A stretch of DNA of 64,000 nucleotides from an uncultured delta proteobacterium (GTDB lineage: Bacteria > Desulfobacterota > Binatia > UBA9968): positions 736,001 to 800,000 of the forward strand of contig CAVYTU010000014.1 of the NCBI GenBank assembly GCA_963771465.1, written 5' to 3'. The position numbers and the translations under genes are program-made. Below are positions 27,837 to 35,839 of this stretch, in pieces; positions within the stretch are counted from its first letter, which is position 1, and each line of letters starts with the position of its first letter. Below the pieces are notes generated by a model, which had not been told where the DNA came from, searched no databases, and saw nothing but the letters and a program-made list of their open reading frames with translations.

Positions 27837-28952
27837 ATGACTAGCTTGATTGCCCCAAAGCGATTGATCGAACCGAGATTTTCCCGCTTGGGGATTTCGT
27901 CCTTGAGCCGATTGTTCGGTTTAATCCTGTGTGCGTGGTGCTGCCTTTTCTCAGCGGCGCCTGTGATGGTTCAAGCGCAGGCGGTCGATGCCTTTTACAG
28001 CGGTAAGACGATTCAATTCATCGTCTCGAGCGGCCCTGGAGTGACGACTGATGTCGCTGCCCGTCTCGTCGCGCGCTATCTCGGTAAGCATGTGCCGGGA
28101 AATCCGACGATTGTCGCGCGCAACATGCCGGGAGCCGGCGGGCTGGTGGCGGCAAATTATCTCTACAGCATCGCCAAGCCCGACGGCTTGACAGTTTTAG
28201 CGGTCAGCCGGGCCAACTATCTGGACCAGATGGCGGGACGCCCCGAGGTAAAAGTCGATTTTCGCAAACTCGGTTGGCTCGGCAGTTATAATCGTTCGCC
28301 GATGATGGTGGCTTGCCGCGCCGACACGCCGTACCGGAGCATCGCTGCGATACGATCGGCAAAGACGCCGCCGCGATTTGGCCAGGCGGGCACGGGCAGC
28401 GTGAGCTATGTGTTTGCCAGTCTGCTCAGCAAGATTTTCGATCTCAAGATGAAACACGTGAGCGGCTTTCAGTCGGCGCGCGAAACCGACTTGGGCATGG
28501 AGCGTGGCGAAGTGGATTGCCGCGCTGCCACCGACGTGGTCATGCTGCGTCCGCCGTGGGACCGTTGGGTCAAGGAGAAGTTCATCACGTTTCTCATTCA
28601 GCAGGGACCGGAGAAGAGCAGCTTGATCCCGCCGGTGTCGACCGTGTACGAGACCGCGCCGGCTGATGCCAAGTCAACCGTGGATTTGATGTCGATCATG
28701 ATGGCATACACGGATTTCGAGCGGCCCTTTGCCGCGCCGCCGGGAGTGGCGCAAGAGCGCCTGCAAATTCTGCGCGACAGTTTTCAAAGGATATGGCAGG
28801 ATGCCGAATTTGCCGCCGAAGCAAAAAAGCTGACGGACTGGGACGGCCGCTGGCATCTCACGGGTGAGCAGCTGCAAAAGAAAATGGAAACGACAATCAG
28901 TCAACCGCCCGATGTGATCAAGCGGATCAAAGAGATTCTCGAAGAATCGTGA
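27837..28952 (+). CDS. Bug/TctC family substrate-binding protein, copy 2
   Basis: Close paralog of the previous gene (NMPGAGG, AKPDGLT, MERGEVDCRA, IKRIKEILE). Confidence 0.88.
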   Translation: MTSLIAPKRLIEPRFSRLGISSLSRLFGLILCAWCCLFSAAPVMVQAQAVDAFYSGKTIQFIVSSGPGVTTDVAARLVARYLGKHVPGNPTIVARNMPGAGGLVAANYLYSIAKPDGLTVLAVSRANYLDQMAGRPEVKVDFRKLGWLGSYNRSPMMVACRADTPYRSIAAIRSAKTPPRFGQAGTGSVSYVFASLLSKIFDLKMKHVSGFQSARETDLGMERGEVDCRAATDVVMLRPPWDRWVKEKFITFLIQQGPEKSSLIPPVSTVYETAPADAKSTVDLMSIMMAYTDFERPFAAPPGVAQERLQILRDSFQRIWQDAEFAAEAKKLTDWDGRWHLTGEQLQKKMETTISQPPDVIKRIKEILEES

Positions 28953-29010
28953 CGTTCTCGAACAATAAGCCAATCGGGTTTAACTTGCTCGACAACGTCG
29001 TTAGCCGTCT

Positions 29011-30372
29011 CTACAGATTAACCACAGCCACGCCATCACGAATCGTTACTTTCGTACCGTAACGCTCAGATAGTTTTTTCACTCGTTCGAGCACGCGCTG
29101 CGCCACTTCGCCTTCGGCGAGAACGGGTCGGCCGCGTTGGGGTCGAGGGCGGCCGAAACCTTGATCGATGGGGTGGACGCGAATTTCTTTGAGCTTGTGA
29201 TCGGCAAATTCACAGACGGCGAACATGTTTTCCCAGTAGGCCGGATCGCTCGGGTGGCCTTTTTTACCGCCGTTGGTGCGGGCGTCGAGGAAGTCCGCCG
29301 GCGTGGCTTTGAGATCGAGATCGAAGCGTTCGTAGGCGTCGGCAGGGAAGAAGCCGACGGTTTCATTTTGAAAAACTAAATTACCTACGCTGTAAAAAAT
29401 CGCTTTGCCCTGATAGATTTCGATGCCCAAGGGAAAATGCGGTCCATGGCTGACGACGATATCGGCGCCGGCGTCGATCGCTTGGTGCGCAAACTTGGTC
29501 ACGAAATCGGCGGTTTCTTCGAGTTCGGCGCGGGTTGCCGCGGTAAGCAGAGTCGGACCGCCGAACTCGTGGCAGTGAACGCTGACGACGACCCAGTCGG
29601 CCTGGCGGCGCGCTTCGCCGATCCAGCGTAAATTATCCCTGAGGTCGCGTTCGTTGGCTTCGGTCGTGATTGAGAAGCCTTCGCCCAGGACATAGCGATT
29701 GCCGAGCAGGCTCAACTCGGCCGCATTGGCGCTGGCAATTTCCTTGTCGCTGTAAAAATGTTTGCGCGCCCGTTCAACGCTTTTTTCAAAACCGAGTCCC
29801 TGGTTAACTCGTTGCAATTGTTCGAACGCCTTAGCGTCGACGCTGTAGGTGGTTTGGAAGCCGAGCGGGTTGATGCCGGGCCGGCCGCGCAAGTCGGGGC
29901 GCTGTTCGCCGGCTTGATTCCACGGTCGAAACGTCGCAGTGGCGGCAACCAAGGCGACACGGCCGTTGGCTGTGTCGAGATAGCCGGGAGCGCGCGCCTC
30001 GGCGAGATTTTTGCCGCTGCCGGCATGGACGATTCCGGCTTCGTCGAGATGTTTGATATTGGCCAGCACGCCGTCTTCGCCGTAGTCGAAGGCGTGATTG
30101 TTCGCGCAGCACACCAAGTTGATGCCGAGCCATTTCAATTCATCGAGCAACGCCGGCTCGGTCGTCATAAATGTTCCCTGAGTAATCCCCGGCGTGCCTT
30201 CGTCCCAGTCGTGCACGGTGCCTTCGAGATTGGCGAAGCTGGCATCCGCGCTGCGCAAAATTTCGCGCAACTTTAAGAACCGCTCTTCTTTGAACGGCGT
30301 CAATTTGCGCGTGAGCATGGTGTCGCCGGCCAGCGCGATGGTGAAATTGCCTTTTTCGGATTGGTAAGTCAC
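29011..30372 (-). CDS. CapA/PGA_cap family metallophosphoesterase-like protein
   Basis: LAGDTM, ANLEG, ANNHAFDYG, VSVHCHE, SHGPH, YSVGN motifs. Confidence 0.9.
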   Translation of the reverse strand: MTYQSEKGNFTIALAGDTMLTRKLTPFKEERFLKLREILRSADASFANLEGTVHDWDEGTPGITQGTFMTTEPALLDELKWLGINLVCCANNHAFDYGEDGVLANIKHLDEAGIVHAGSGKNLAEARAPGYLDTANGRVALVAATATFRPWNQAGEQRPDLRGRPGINPLGFQTTYSVDAKAFEQLQRVNQGLGFEKSVERARKHFYSDKEIASANAAELSLLGNRYVLGEGFSITTEANERDLRDNLRWIGEARRQADWVVVSVHCHEFGGPTLLTAATRAELEETADFVTKFAHQAIDAGADIVVSHGPHFPLGIEIYQGKAIFYSVGNLVFQNETVGFFPADAYERFDLDLKATPADFLDARTNGGKKGHPSDPAYWENMFAVCEFADHKLKEIRVHPIDQGFGRPRPQRGRPVLAEGEVAQRVLERVKKLSERYGTKVTIRDGVAVVNL

Positions 30373-30415
30373 AGTTCTCTCCTTAGCTTGATTGCTTCAA
30401 TTCTTTAGACCGGCG

Positions 30416-31426
30416 TCACTTAAGTCCCATCACTTTGCGGTAGGTTTGGTAATATTCGTTGTAGCGCGGCGCCAAGGTCATCGGCAGCGGAATCACTTTA
30501 GTTTTCGGCGCTGCGTCTTTGAGGATCGGCGAAGCGACATCGGTGCGCGGCACGTAGTAACCGGCGGCGGCGATCACTTCTTGGCCCTCGCGCGAGAGCA
30601 AAAAATCGTGAAACAAACGCGCCGCGTTGGGGTGCGGCGCGTCTTTGACCACCGCGAGGCCAAAGGTCAAGCCGATGGCGGGCTCGGCGCTGACCCATTC
30701 GATCGGCGCGCTTTCTTTTTTCAGCCGGTCGACGCCGTTGGCGAATGCGACGACGACGACGGCGCGCTCTCCGGCGGCGACTAGGGTTTGCAACAGAGTG
30801 TGGCCGGTGCGGAATTGAATTTCCTGCGCCGCCAGCTTGCGCATCAAGTCCATGGCCTTCGCCTCGCCATAGTACTGGATCATGCCGGCCATCCATTTGC
30901 TTTCGTTTTCGTCCATCAGCAATTGGCCTTTCCAGCGCGCCTCGGTGAGATCAAAAAAACTTTTCGGCGCGTCGGCCGAAGCGACCATTTTCTTGTTGTA
31001 GGCGATCACGTTGAGCGTGGCGGCGGGCATCATCCAAAACCCCTTTTCGTCGCGATACTCCGCTGGGAACGCGGCGCGCTCCGGCGAGAAGTAACTTTCA
31101 AATAGCCCTTTCTGAAATACACCGTAGAAATCGAAGCCAGATTGCTGCACGACGTCGGCGCGAACTTTGCGTCCTTGAGCTTCGGCGACGAGCCGCGTAG
31201 TCATCCTTTCCGAGCCGATGCGGGTGGCGTCGACCTTGATGAACGGATATTTCTTTTCAAAGGCAGCGGTGATGCGTTGCGCCGACACCGCTTCCATGGA
31301 AGCGTAGAAGACCACTTGGCCTTCCTTTTTGGCGCCGTCGATGAGCGACTGCGCTGAAGCGCTCGCACCGATTGAACCGAGCGAGAGTGTGATGACTGCC
31401 AAAATCGACGAAAATTGTCGCTTCAT
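30416..31426 (-). CDS. ABC extracellular solute-binding protein (AfuA/Fe3+-like family)
   Basis: Signal peptide MKRQFSSILAV..., AKKEGQVVFY, FEKKYP, APHPNAARLF. Confidence 0.88.
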   Translation of the reverse strand: MKRQFSSILAVITLSLGSIGASASAQSLIDGAKKEGQVVFYASMEAVSAQRITAAFEKKYPFIKVDATRIGSERMTTRLVAEAQGRKVRADVVQQSGFDFYGVFQKGLFESYFSPERAAFPAEYRDEKGFWMMPAATLNVIAYNKKMVASADAPKSFFDLTEARWKGQLLMDENESKWMAGMIQYYGEAKAMDLMRKLAAQEIQFRTGHTLLQTLVAAGERAVVVVAFANGVDRLKKESAPIEWVSAEPAIGLTFGLAVVKDAPHPNAARLFHDFLLSREGQEVIAAAGYYVPRTDVASPILKDAAPKTKVIPLPMTLAPRYNEYYQTYRKVMGLK

Positions 31427-31557
31427 CGAGAGCCTCCCGGTTGCCCATGGATCCGGCCTGAGGATTAACACCGATAGCGAGCCAGCGTCAATGTGCCGGA
31501 CTCGCCGATACCTTACTGTGACGATCAGCTCGAACGCTATTCTGCGCCGATGTTACC

Positions 31558-31586
31558 TTGACAAGATGGTGCTTTTCCAATACAAA
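31558..31586 (+). promoter_or_regulatory. Putative sigma70 promoter of the nuo operon
   Basis: TTGACA (31558-31563) - 17 bp - TACAAA. Confidence 0.5.
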
Positions 31587-31617
31587 TTTTGGTAGATCAA
31601 GCGATCTTTAAGTAATT

Positions 31618-31658
31618 AAATCCATACCTTTTCACTGGGGGGAGGTATGGGTTTTTTT
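31618..31658 (+). terminator. Terminator-like hairpin with U-tract in the nuoA leader (possible attenuator)
   Basis: AAATCCATACCTTTTC-ACTG-GGGGGAGGTATGGGTTTTTTT: CCATACCT/AGGTATGG stem extended by G-U pairs, followed by T7. Confidence 0.6.
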
Positions 31659-31670
31659 AATAAGCGATCC

Positions 31671-32027
31671 ATGCATCATCCCTATTTTCCGCTGGTCATT
31701 ATTTTCGCGGTAGCTGCGGTAGTGGTTGTGGCGTTGCTTTTGGTAGCGTCCAAAGTTGGGCCGAAGTCCACCAACCTAGCCAAAGGTGACCCGTTCGAAT
31801 CCGGCAACCCTCCGAGAGGCGACGCGCGCATTCGTTTCTCGATAAAATTCTATCTGGTCGCCATGTTGTTCCTGATCTTCGATTTGGAAGTGGTGTTCCT
31901 CTATCCCTGGGCAATCTATTTTCGCCAGTTAGGCGTATTCGGTTTGGTTCAGATGGGGATATTCCTGACGATTCTAGCCATCGGTTACGCTTACGTGTGG
32001 AAAAAGGGCGCGCTGGAGTGGGATTGA
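31671..32027 (+). CDS. nuoA: NADH-quinone oxidoreductase subunit A
   Basis: PFESG, RFSIKFYLVAMLFLIFDLEVVFLYPWA, KKGALEWD. Start 31671 (alternative 31647). Confidence 0.95.
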   Translation: MHHPYFPLVIIFAVAAVVVVALLLVASKVGPKSTNLAKGDPFESGNPPRGDARIRFSIKFYLVAMLFLIFDLEVVFLYPWAIYFRQLGVFGLVQMGIFLTILAIGYAYVWKKGALEWD

Positions 32028-32033
32028 TTCTTC

Positions 32034-32591
32034 ATGACTGAAACGAGTTCCCAGCTCGCCAACATCCAGCAAAAGCTTGGCGTCAACGTGATCGAAGCGA
32101 TGCAAGCTCAGGGTGACGATGTCGTCATCTTGGAGCGCAGCGGATTACGCGAAAGCTTTCGCCGGTTAAAAGATGAAGTCGGCTTCGACCTGCTTTCGGA
32201 CATCACCGCGGTGGATTACTGGCAAAAAAAAGAACCGCGCTTTGAAGTCGTCTATCAAATCGTGTCGCGCGTCAAGCGCAGCCGGTTGCGCGTGCGCGTG
32301 CCAGTGCCGGAGGATGACCCGACGGTGGACTCGCTGACGCCCTTGTGGCGCGGCGCGAACTTTCTCGAGCGGGAAGTTTGGGATCTGTACGGCATTCGCT
32401 TCGCCGATCATCCGGACTTGCGGCGAATTCTCTTGTACGACGAGTTCCAGGGCCATCCACTGCGCAAAGATTATCCCGTCAATCTGTGCCAGCCGCGGGT
32501 TCCCGAACGGCATGTCGACGGCACTTTCGTCGACGAACGGTCGCACAACAAGTTACTGCGCCTGCAAAAGTCTTTGAGCAACAAGCGCTAA
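32034..32591 (+). CDS. nuoC: NADH-quinone oxidoreductase subunit C
   Basis: DITAVDY, EREVWDLYGI, GHPLRKDYP. Confidence 0.95.
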   Translation: MTETSSQLANIQQKLGVNVIEAMQAQGDDVVILERSGLRESFRRLKDEVGFDLLSDITAVDYWQKKEPRFEVVYQIVSRVKRSRLRVRVPVPEDDPTVDSLTPLWRGANFLEREVWDLYGIRFADHPDLRRILLYDEFQGHPLRKDYPVNLCQPRVPERHVDGTFVDERSHNKLLRLQKSLSNKR

Positions 32592-32613
32592 TGCCAGCTG
32601 AGTTCCAAGCGAC

Positions 32614-33807
32614 GTGATGAAAGCGGAAAATCCAGAGCTACCGACCGAGATCATGGAACTGCAAATGGGTCCGTCCCACCCGGCGACCCATGGCACGATC
32701 AAGTTCAACCTCAAACTCGAAGGCGAGAAAGTGCGCGAGTGCGATGTCGAAGTGGGCTTTCTCCATCGCGGCTTCGACAAGAGCTGCGAGCAAGCGACCT
32801 GGACGCAAGTCATCCCTTACACCGACCGGCTGAACTACGCCTCATCGCTGATTAACAACGTCGGCTACGCGCTCGCCGTGGAGAAACTGATCGGCGCCGA
32901 AACACCGGCGCGCTGCCAGTATATTCGCGTAATCATCAGCGAGCTGGCGCGGCTGTTCGATCATCTCACTTGCTGCGGTATGGCCGCTTCCGAATTGGGC
33001 GCCATCACCGTCGGTTTCTACATGATCGAAGCGCGCGAGCTCATCACGCACATCATTGAAAAATTGACCGGCGCGCGTTTGACCGTGACTTATGTCCGCA
33101 TCGGCGGGGTGAAGCATGATCTGCCCCATGATTTCGCGGCGCATGTGACCTCGGCTTTCTCGACCATCCGCAAGCTGCTCGATGACTGCGACCGCCTGTT
33201 GTCGCGTAACCGCATCTTTCTCGACCGCATGTCCAACGTCGGTGTGATCTCGGCCGACACCGCACTCAACTACAGTTTGACCGGGCCGATTCTGCGCGCA
33301 TCCGGGATCGATTACGACGTGCGCAAAGCTTTTCCTTACTTGGTTTACGACAAGATGGATTTCGAAGTGCCGTTGGGCAGCCGGGGCGATAATTACGACC
33401 GCTTTCTCTGCCGCATGCGCGAGATCGAGCAGAGCATGAAGATTGTCGACCAAGCCTTGCAGCAATTGCCCGTCGGGCCGGTGTGGATCGACGATCCGCG
33501 CTTTGTCTTGCCGGAAAAGGAGAAAGTTTACGGCAGCATCGAAGGCTTGATGCACCATTTTAAAATTATCATGGAAGGCATTCTGGTTCCGGCGGGCGAA
33601 ACTTACTTCGCCGTCGAGGGTGGCAACGGCGAGCTCGGCTTCTACATCGTCAGCGACGGCGGTGGCAAGCCTTACCGTTTGCGCGTGCGCCCGCCTTGCT
33701 TCATCGCCATGGGCGCGTTTGCCGAGATGATCACAGGTTACATGGTCGCCGATATTATCCCGACCTTCGGCATGATCAATATGATCGGCGGGGAGTGCGA
33801 TCGGTAA
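32614..33807 (+). CDS. nuoD: NADH-quinone oxidoreductase subunit D
   Basis: MGPSHPATHG, GFLHRG, DRLNY, GELGFY, GGECDR. Confidence 0.95.
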   Translation: MMKAENPELPTEIMELQMGPSHPATHGTIKFNLKLEGEKVRECDVEVGFLHRGFDKSCEQATWTQVIPYTDRLNYASSLINNVGYALAVEKLIGAETPARCQYIRVIISELARLFDHLTCCGMAASELGAITVGFYMIEARELITHIIEKLTGARLTVTYVRIGGVKHDLPHDFAAHVTSAFSTIRKLLDDCDRLLSRNRIFLDRMSNVGVISADTALNYSLTGPILRASGIDYDVRKAFPYLVYDKMDFEVPLGSRGDNYDRFLCRMREIEQSMKIVDQALQQLPVGPVWIDDPRFVLPEKEKVYGSIEGLMHHFKIIMEGILVPAGETYFAVEGGNGELGFYIVSDGGGKPYRLRVRPPCFIAMGAFAEMITGYMVADIIPTFGMINMIGGECDR

Positions 33808-33812
33808 GTTGG

Positions 33813-33887
33813 TCGAGGATTGAAGATGGAGGATCGAGTATAGAATTGGTGTGGAGTGGGGCGCGATCCTCGATTATCAATCCTCGA
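33813..33887. repeat. Inverted heptamer-array hairpin between nuoD and nuoE
   Basis: TCGAGGA-TTGAAGA-TGGAGGA-TCGAGTA ... TCCTCGA-TTATCAA-TCCTCGA. Confidence 0.8.
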
Positions 33888-33898
33888 TTCGAAGACCT

Positions 33899-34372
33899 AT
33901 GGCCTTAGAGTTTTCACCTGAGACGCTGAAAAAGTTCGAAGCAACCGTTGCGCGCTATCCGAAGAAGGAAGCGGCGATGCTGCCGGTGCTTTTTTTAGCG
34001 CAGCAGGAATTTGGCCACCTGGGTCCGGAGGCGATCGAATATGTCGCCCGGTTGATGGATCAGGCGCCGGCGCGGGTGCATGGTGTGGTGAGTTTTTACA
34101 CCATGTACAACATGAAACCGATCGGCCGCCACCATATTCAAGTCTGCCGCACCCTGCCGTGCGCGCTGCGCGGCGCGGAAAGCGTGACGAACTTTATCAA
34201 AAATAAACTTGGCATCGAATGCGGCGAGACGACAGGCGATGGCCGGTTTACGCTTTCCGAAGTCGAGTGTTTAGCGTCATGCGGCACGGCGCCGATGATG
34301 CAAGTTAACGACGATTATTATGAGAACTTAACTGAAGAGAAGCTCAATGAGATTCTCGACGCAATGAAATAA
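33899..34372 (+). CDS. nuoE: NADH-quinone oxidoreductase subunit E
   Basis: SFYTMY, CRTLPC, ECLASC 2Fe-2S ligands. Start ATG 33899 (MALEFS). Confidence 0.95.
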   Translation: MALEFSPETLKKFEATVARYPKKEAAMLPVLFLAQQEFGHLGPEAIEYVARLMDQAPARVHGVVSFYTMYNMKPIGRHHIQVCRTLPCALRGAESVTNFIKNKLGIECGETTGDGRFTLSEVECLASCGTAPMMQVNDDYYENLTEEKLNEILDAMK

Positions 34373-34374
34373 AA

Positions 34375-34464
34375 AATTGATAATGGAAAATGGATAATGG
34401 ATACGCAAGAGTCGCAATGAGAGAATCCGAGACATTCTCCATTTTCCATTCTCCATTCTCCATT
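34375..34464. repeat. Inverted heptamer-array hairpin between nuoE and nuoF
   Basis: AATTGAT-AATGGAA-AATGGAT-AATGGAT ... CATTCTC-CATTTTC-CATTCTC-CATTCTC; TCCGA just before the 3' arm; same unit family as 15158. Confidence 0.88.
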
Positions 34465-34479
34465 GTGCTTTAAGAGTTC

Positions 34480-35748
34480 ATGGAAAAGCTTCTTCTCCGC
34501 AATATCGGTGTTCCCGGTTCGGACACGCTGGCGACTTATCAGTCGCGCGGCGGTTATGCATCTTGGCGCAAAGTCGTCGAGGGCATGAAGCCGGAACAGC
34601 TGATCGATGAAGTGAAAGCTTCGGGGCTGCGTGGCCGCGGTGGCGCTGGATTTCCCACCGGCATGAAGTGGAGCTTCGTGCCGAAGGACAATCCCAAGCC
34701 CAAGTATCTCGTTTGCAACGCGGATGAGAGCGAACCGGGGACGTTCAAAGACCGCTTGCTGATCGAACAAGACCCCCACGCAGTTATTGAAGGCACTTTG
34801 ATCGCCGCCTTCGCGATTCAATCTCATACGGCCTTCATTTATATCCGTGGCGAGATGGTCTTCGGCACCCAGCAGTTGGAGCGCGCCGTCGACGAAGCCT
34901 ATCGAGCGGGTTTGCTCGGTAAAAATATTTTCGGTGCTGGTTACGATCTGGATTTGATCGTGCACCGTGGCGCCGGCGCATATATCTGCGGCGAAGAAAC
35001 CGCTTTGCTTTCTTCATTGGAAGGCGGCCGGGGTTGGCCCAAAGTCAAACCGCCGTTTCCAGCGACGCACGGATTGTTCGGTTGCCCGACCGTAGTGAAC
35101 AACGTCGAGACGCTGGCCGTGTTGCCGTGGATACTCGAGCGCGGCGCGGCGGCCTATGGCGCCATGGGAACGGAGAAGAGCAAGGGAACGAAACTTTTCA
35201 GCGTCAGCGGCCATGTTACCAAGCCGGGCGTTTACGAAGTGGAAATGGGCTACCCATTCAAAAAGTTTCTCGAAGAAGACTGCGGCGGCGTGCCCAATGG
35301 CAAGAAGCTCAAGGGTGTGATTCCCGGCGGCGCTTCGATGCCGGTGTTAAAGCCCGACGAAATCGAAAAGGTAAATCTCGATTACGAATCCGTGGCGGCG
35401 GCGGGCAGTTTGCTTGGCTCGGGCGGCGTGATTGTCATGGACGAGACGACGTGCATGGTGCGGGCAGCGTGGAGTATCGCGCGCTTCTTTGCCCACGAGT
35501 CTTGCGGCCAGTGCAGCCCCTGCCGCGAAGGCTGCCACTGGATGGAAAAGATTTTTCAGCGCGTCGAGCATGGCGAAGGGGAGAAGAGCGATCTGGATTT
35601 AATTCTCAACATCAGCGGCAATATTATGGGCAACACGATCTGTCCGTTTGGCGACGCCGCGGCGATGCCGGCGGCGGCGTTTATCCGCAAGTATCGCGAC
35701 GAGTTCGAAGCGCATATCGCCGAGAAGCGATGCACGGTGCGGGGATAA
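34480..35748 (+). CDS. nuoF: NADH-quinone oxidoreductase subunit F
   Basis: GLRGRGGAGFPTG, NADESEPGTFKD, GAGAYICGEETAL, ESCGQCSPCREG. Confidence 0.97.
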   Translation: MEKLLLRNIGVPGSDTLATYQSRGGYASWRKVVEGMKPEQLIDEVKASGLRGRGGAGFPTGMKWSFVPKDNPKPKYLVCNADESEPGTFKDRLLIEQDPHAVIEGTLIAAFAIQSHTAFIYIRGEMVFGTQQLERAVDEAYRAGLLGKNIFGAGYDLDLIVHRGAGAYICGEETALLSSLEGGRGWPKVKPPFPATHGLFGCPTVVNNVETLAVLPWILERGAAAYGAMGTEKSKGTKLFSVSGHVTKPGVYEVEMGYPFKKFLEEDCGGVPNGKKLKGVIPGGASMPVLKPDEIEKVNLDYESVAAAGSLLGSGGVIVMDETTCMVRAAWSIARFFAHESCGQCSPCREGCHWMEKIFQRVEHGEGEKSDLDLILNISGNIMGNTICPFGDAAAMPAAAFIRKYRDEFEAHIAEKRCTVRG

Positions 35749-35751
35749 AAA

Positions 35752-35827
35752 ATGGAGTGCTGGAGCGGTGGAGTAATGGAGTGATGGGTCCGGACCCAAT
35801 ACTCCAACACTCCAGTACTCCATCATT
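35752..35827. repeat. Inverted octamer-array hairpin between nuoF and nuoG
   Basis: TGGAGTGC-TGGAGCGG-TGGAGTAA-TGGAGTGA, perfect palindromic core TGGGTCCGGACCCA, then ATACTCCA-ACACTCCA-GTACTCCA. Confidence 0.9.
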
Positions 35828-35839
35828 CGAATCTTCACT

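Noticed and set aside
29011-30372. Poly-gamma-glutamate capsule locus
   Set aside because: The CapA-family gene is alone, without capB/capC and with no obvious signal or anchor; more likely a stand-alone metallohydrolase.
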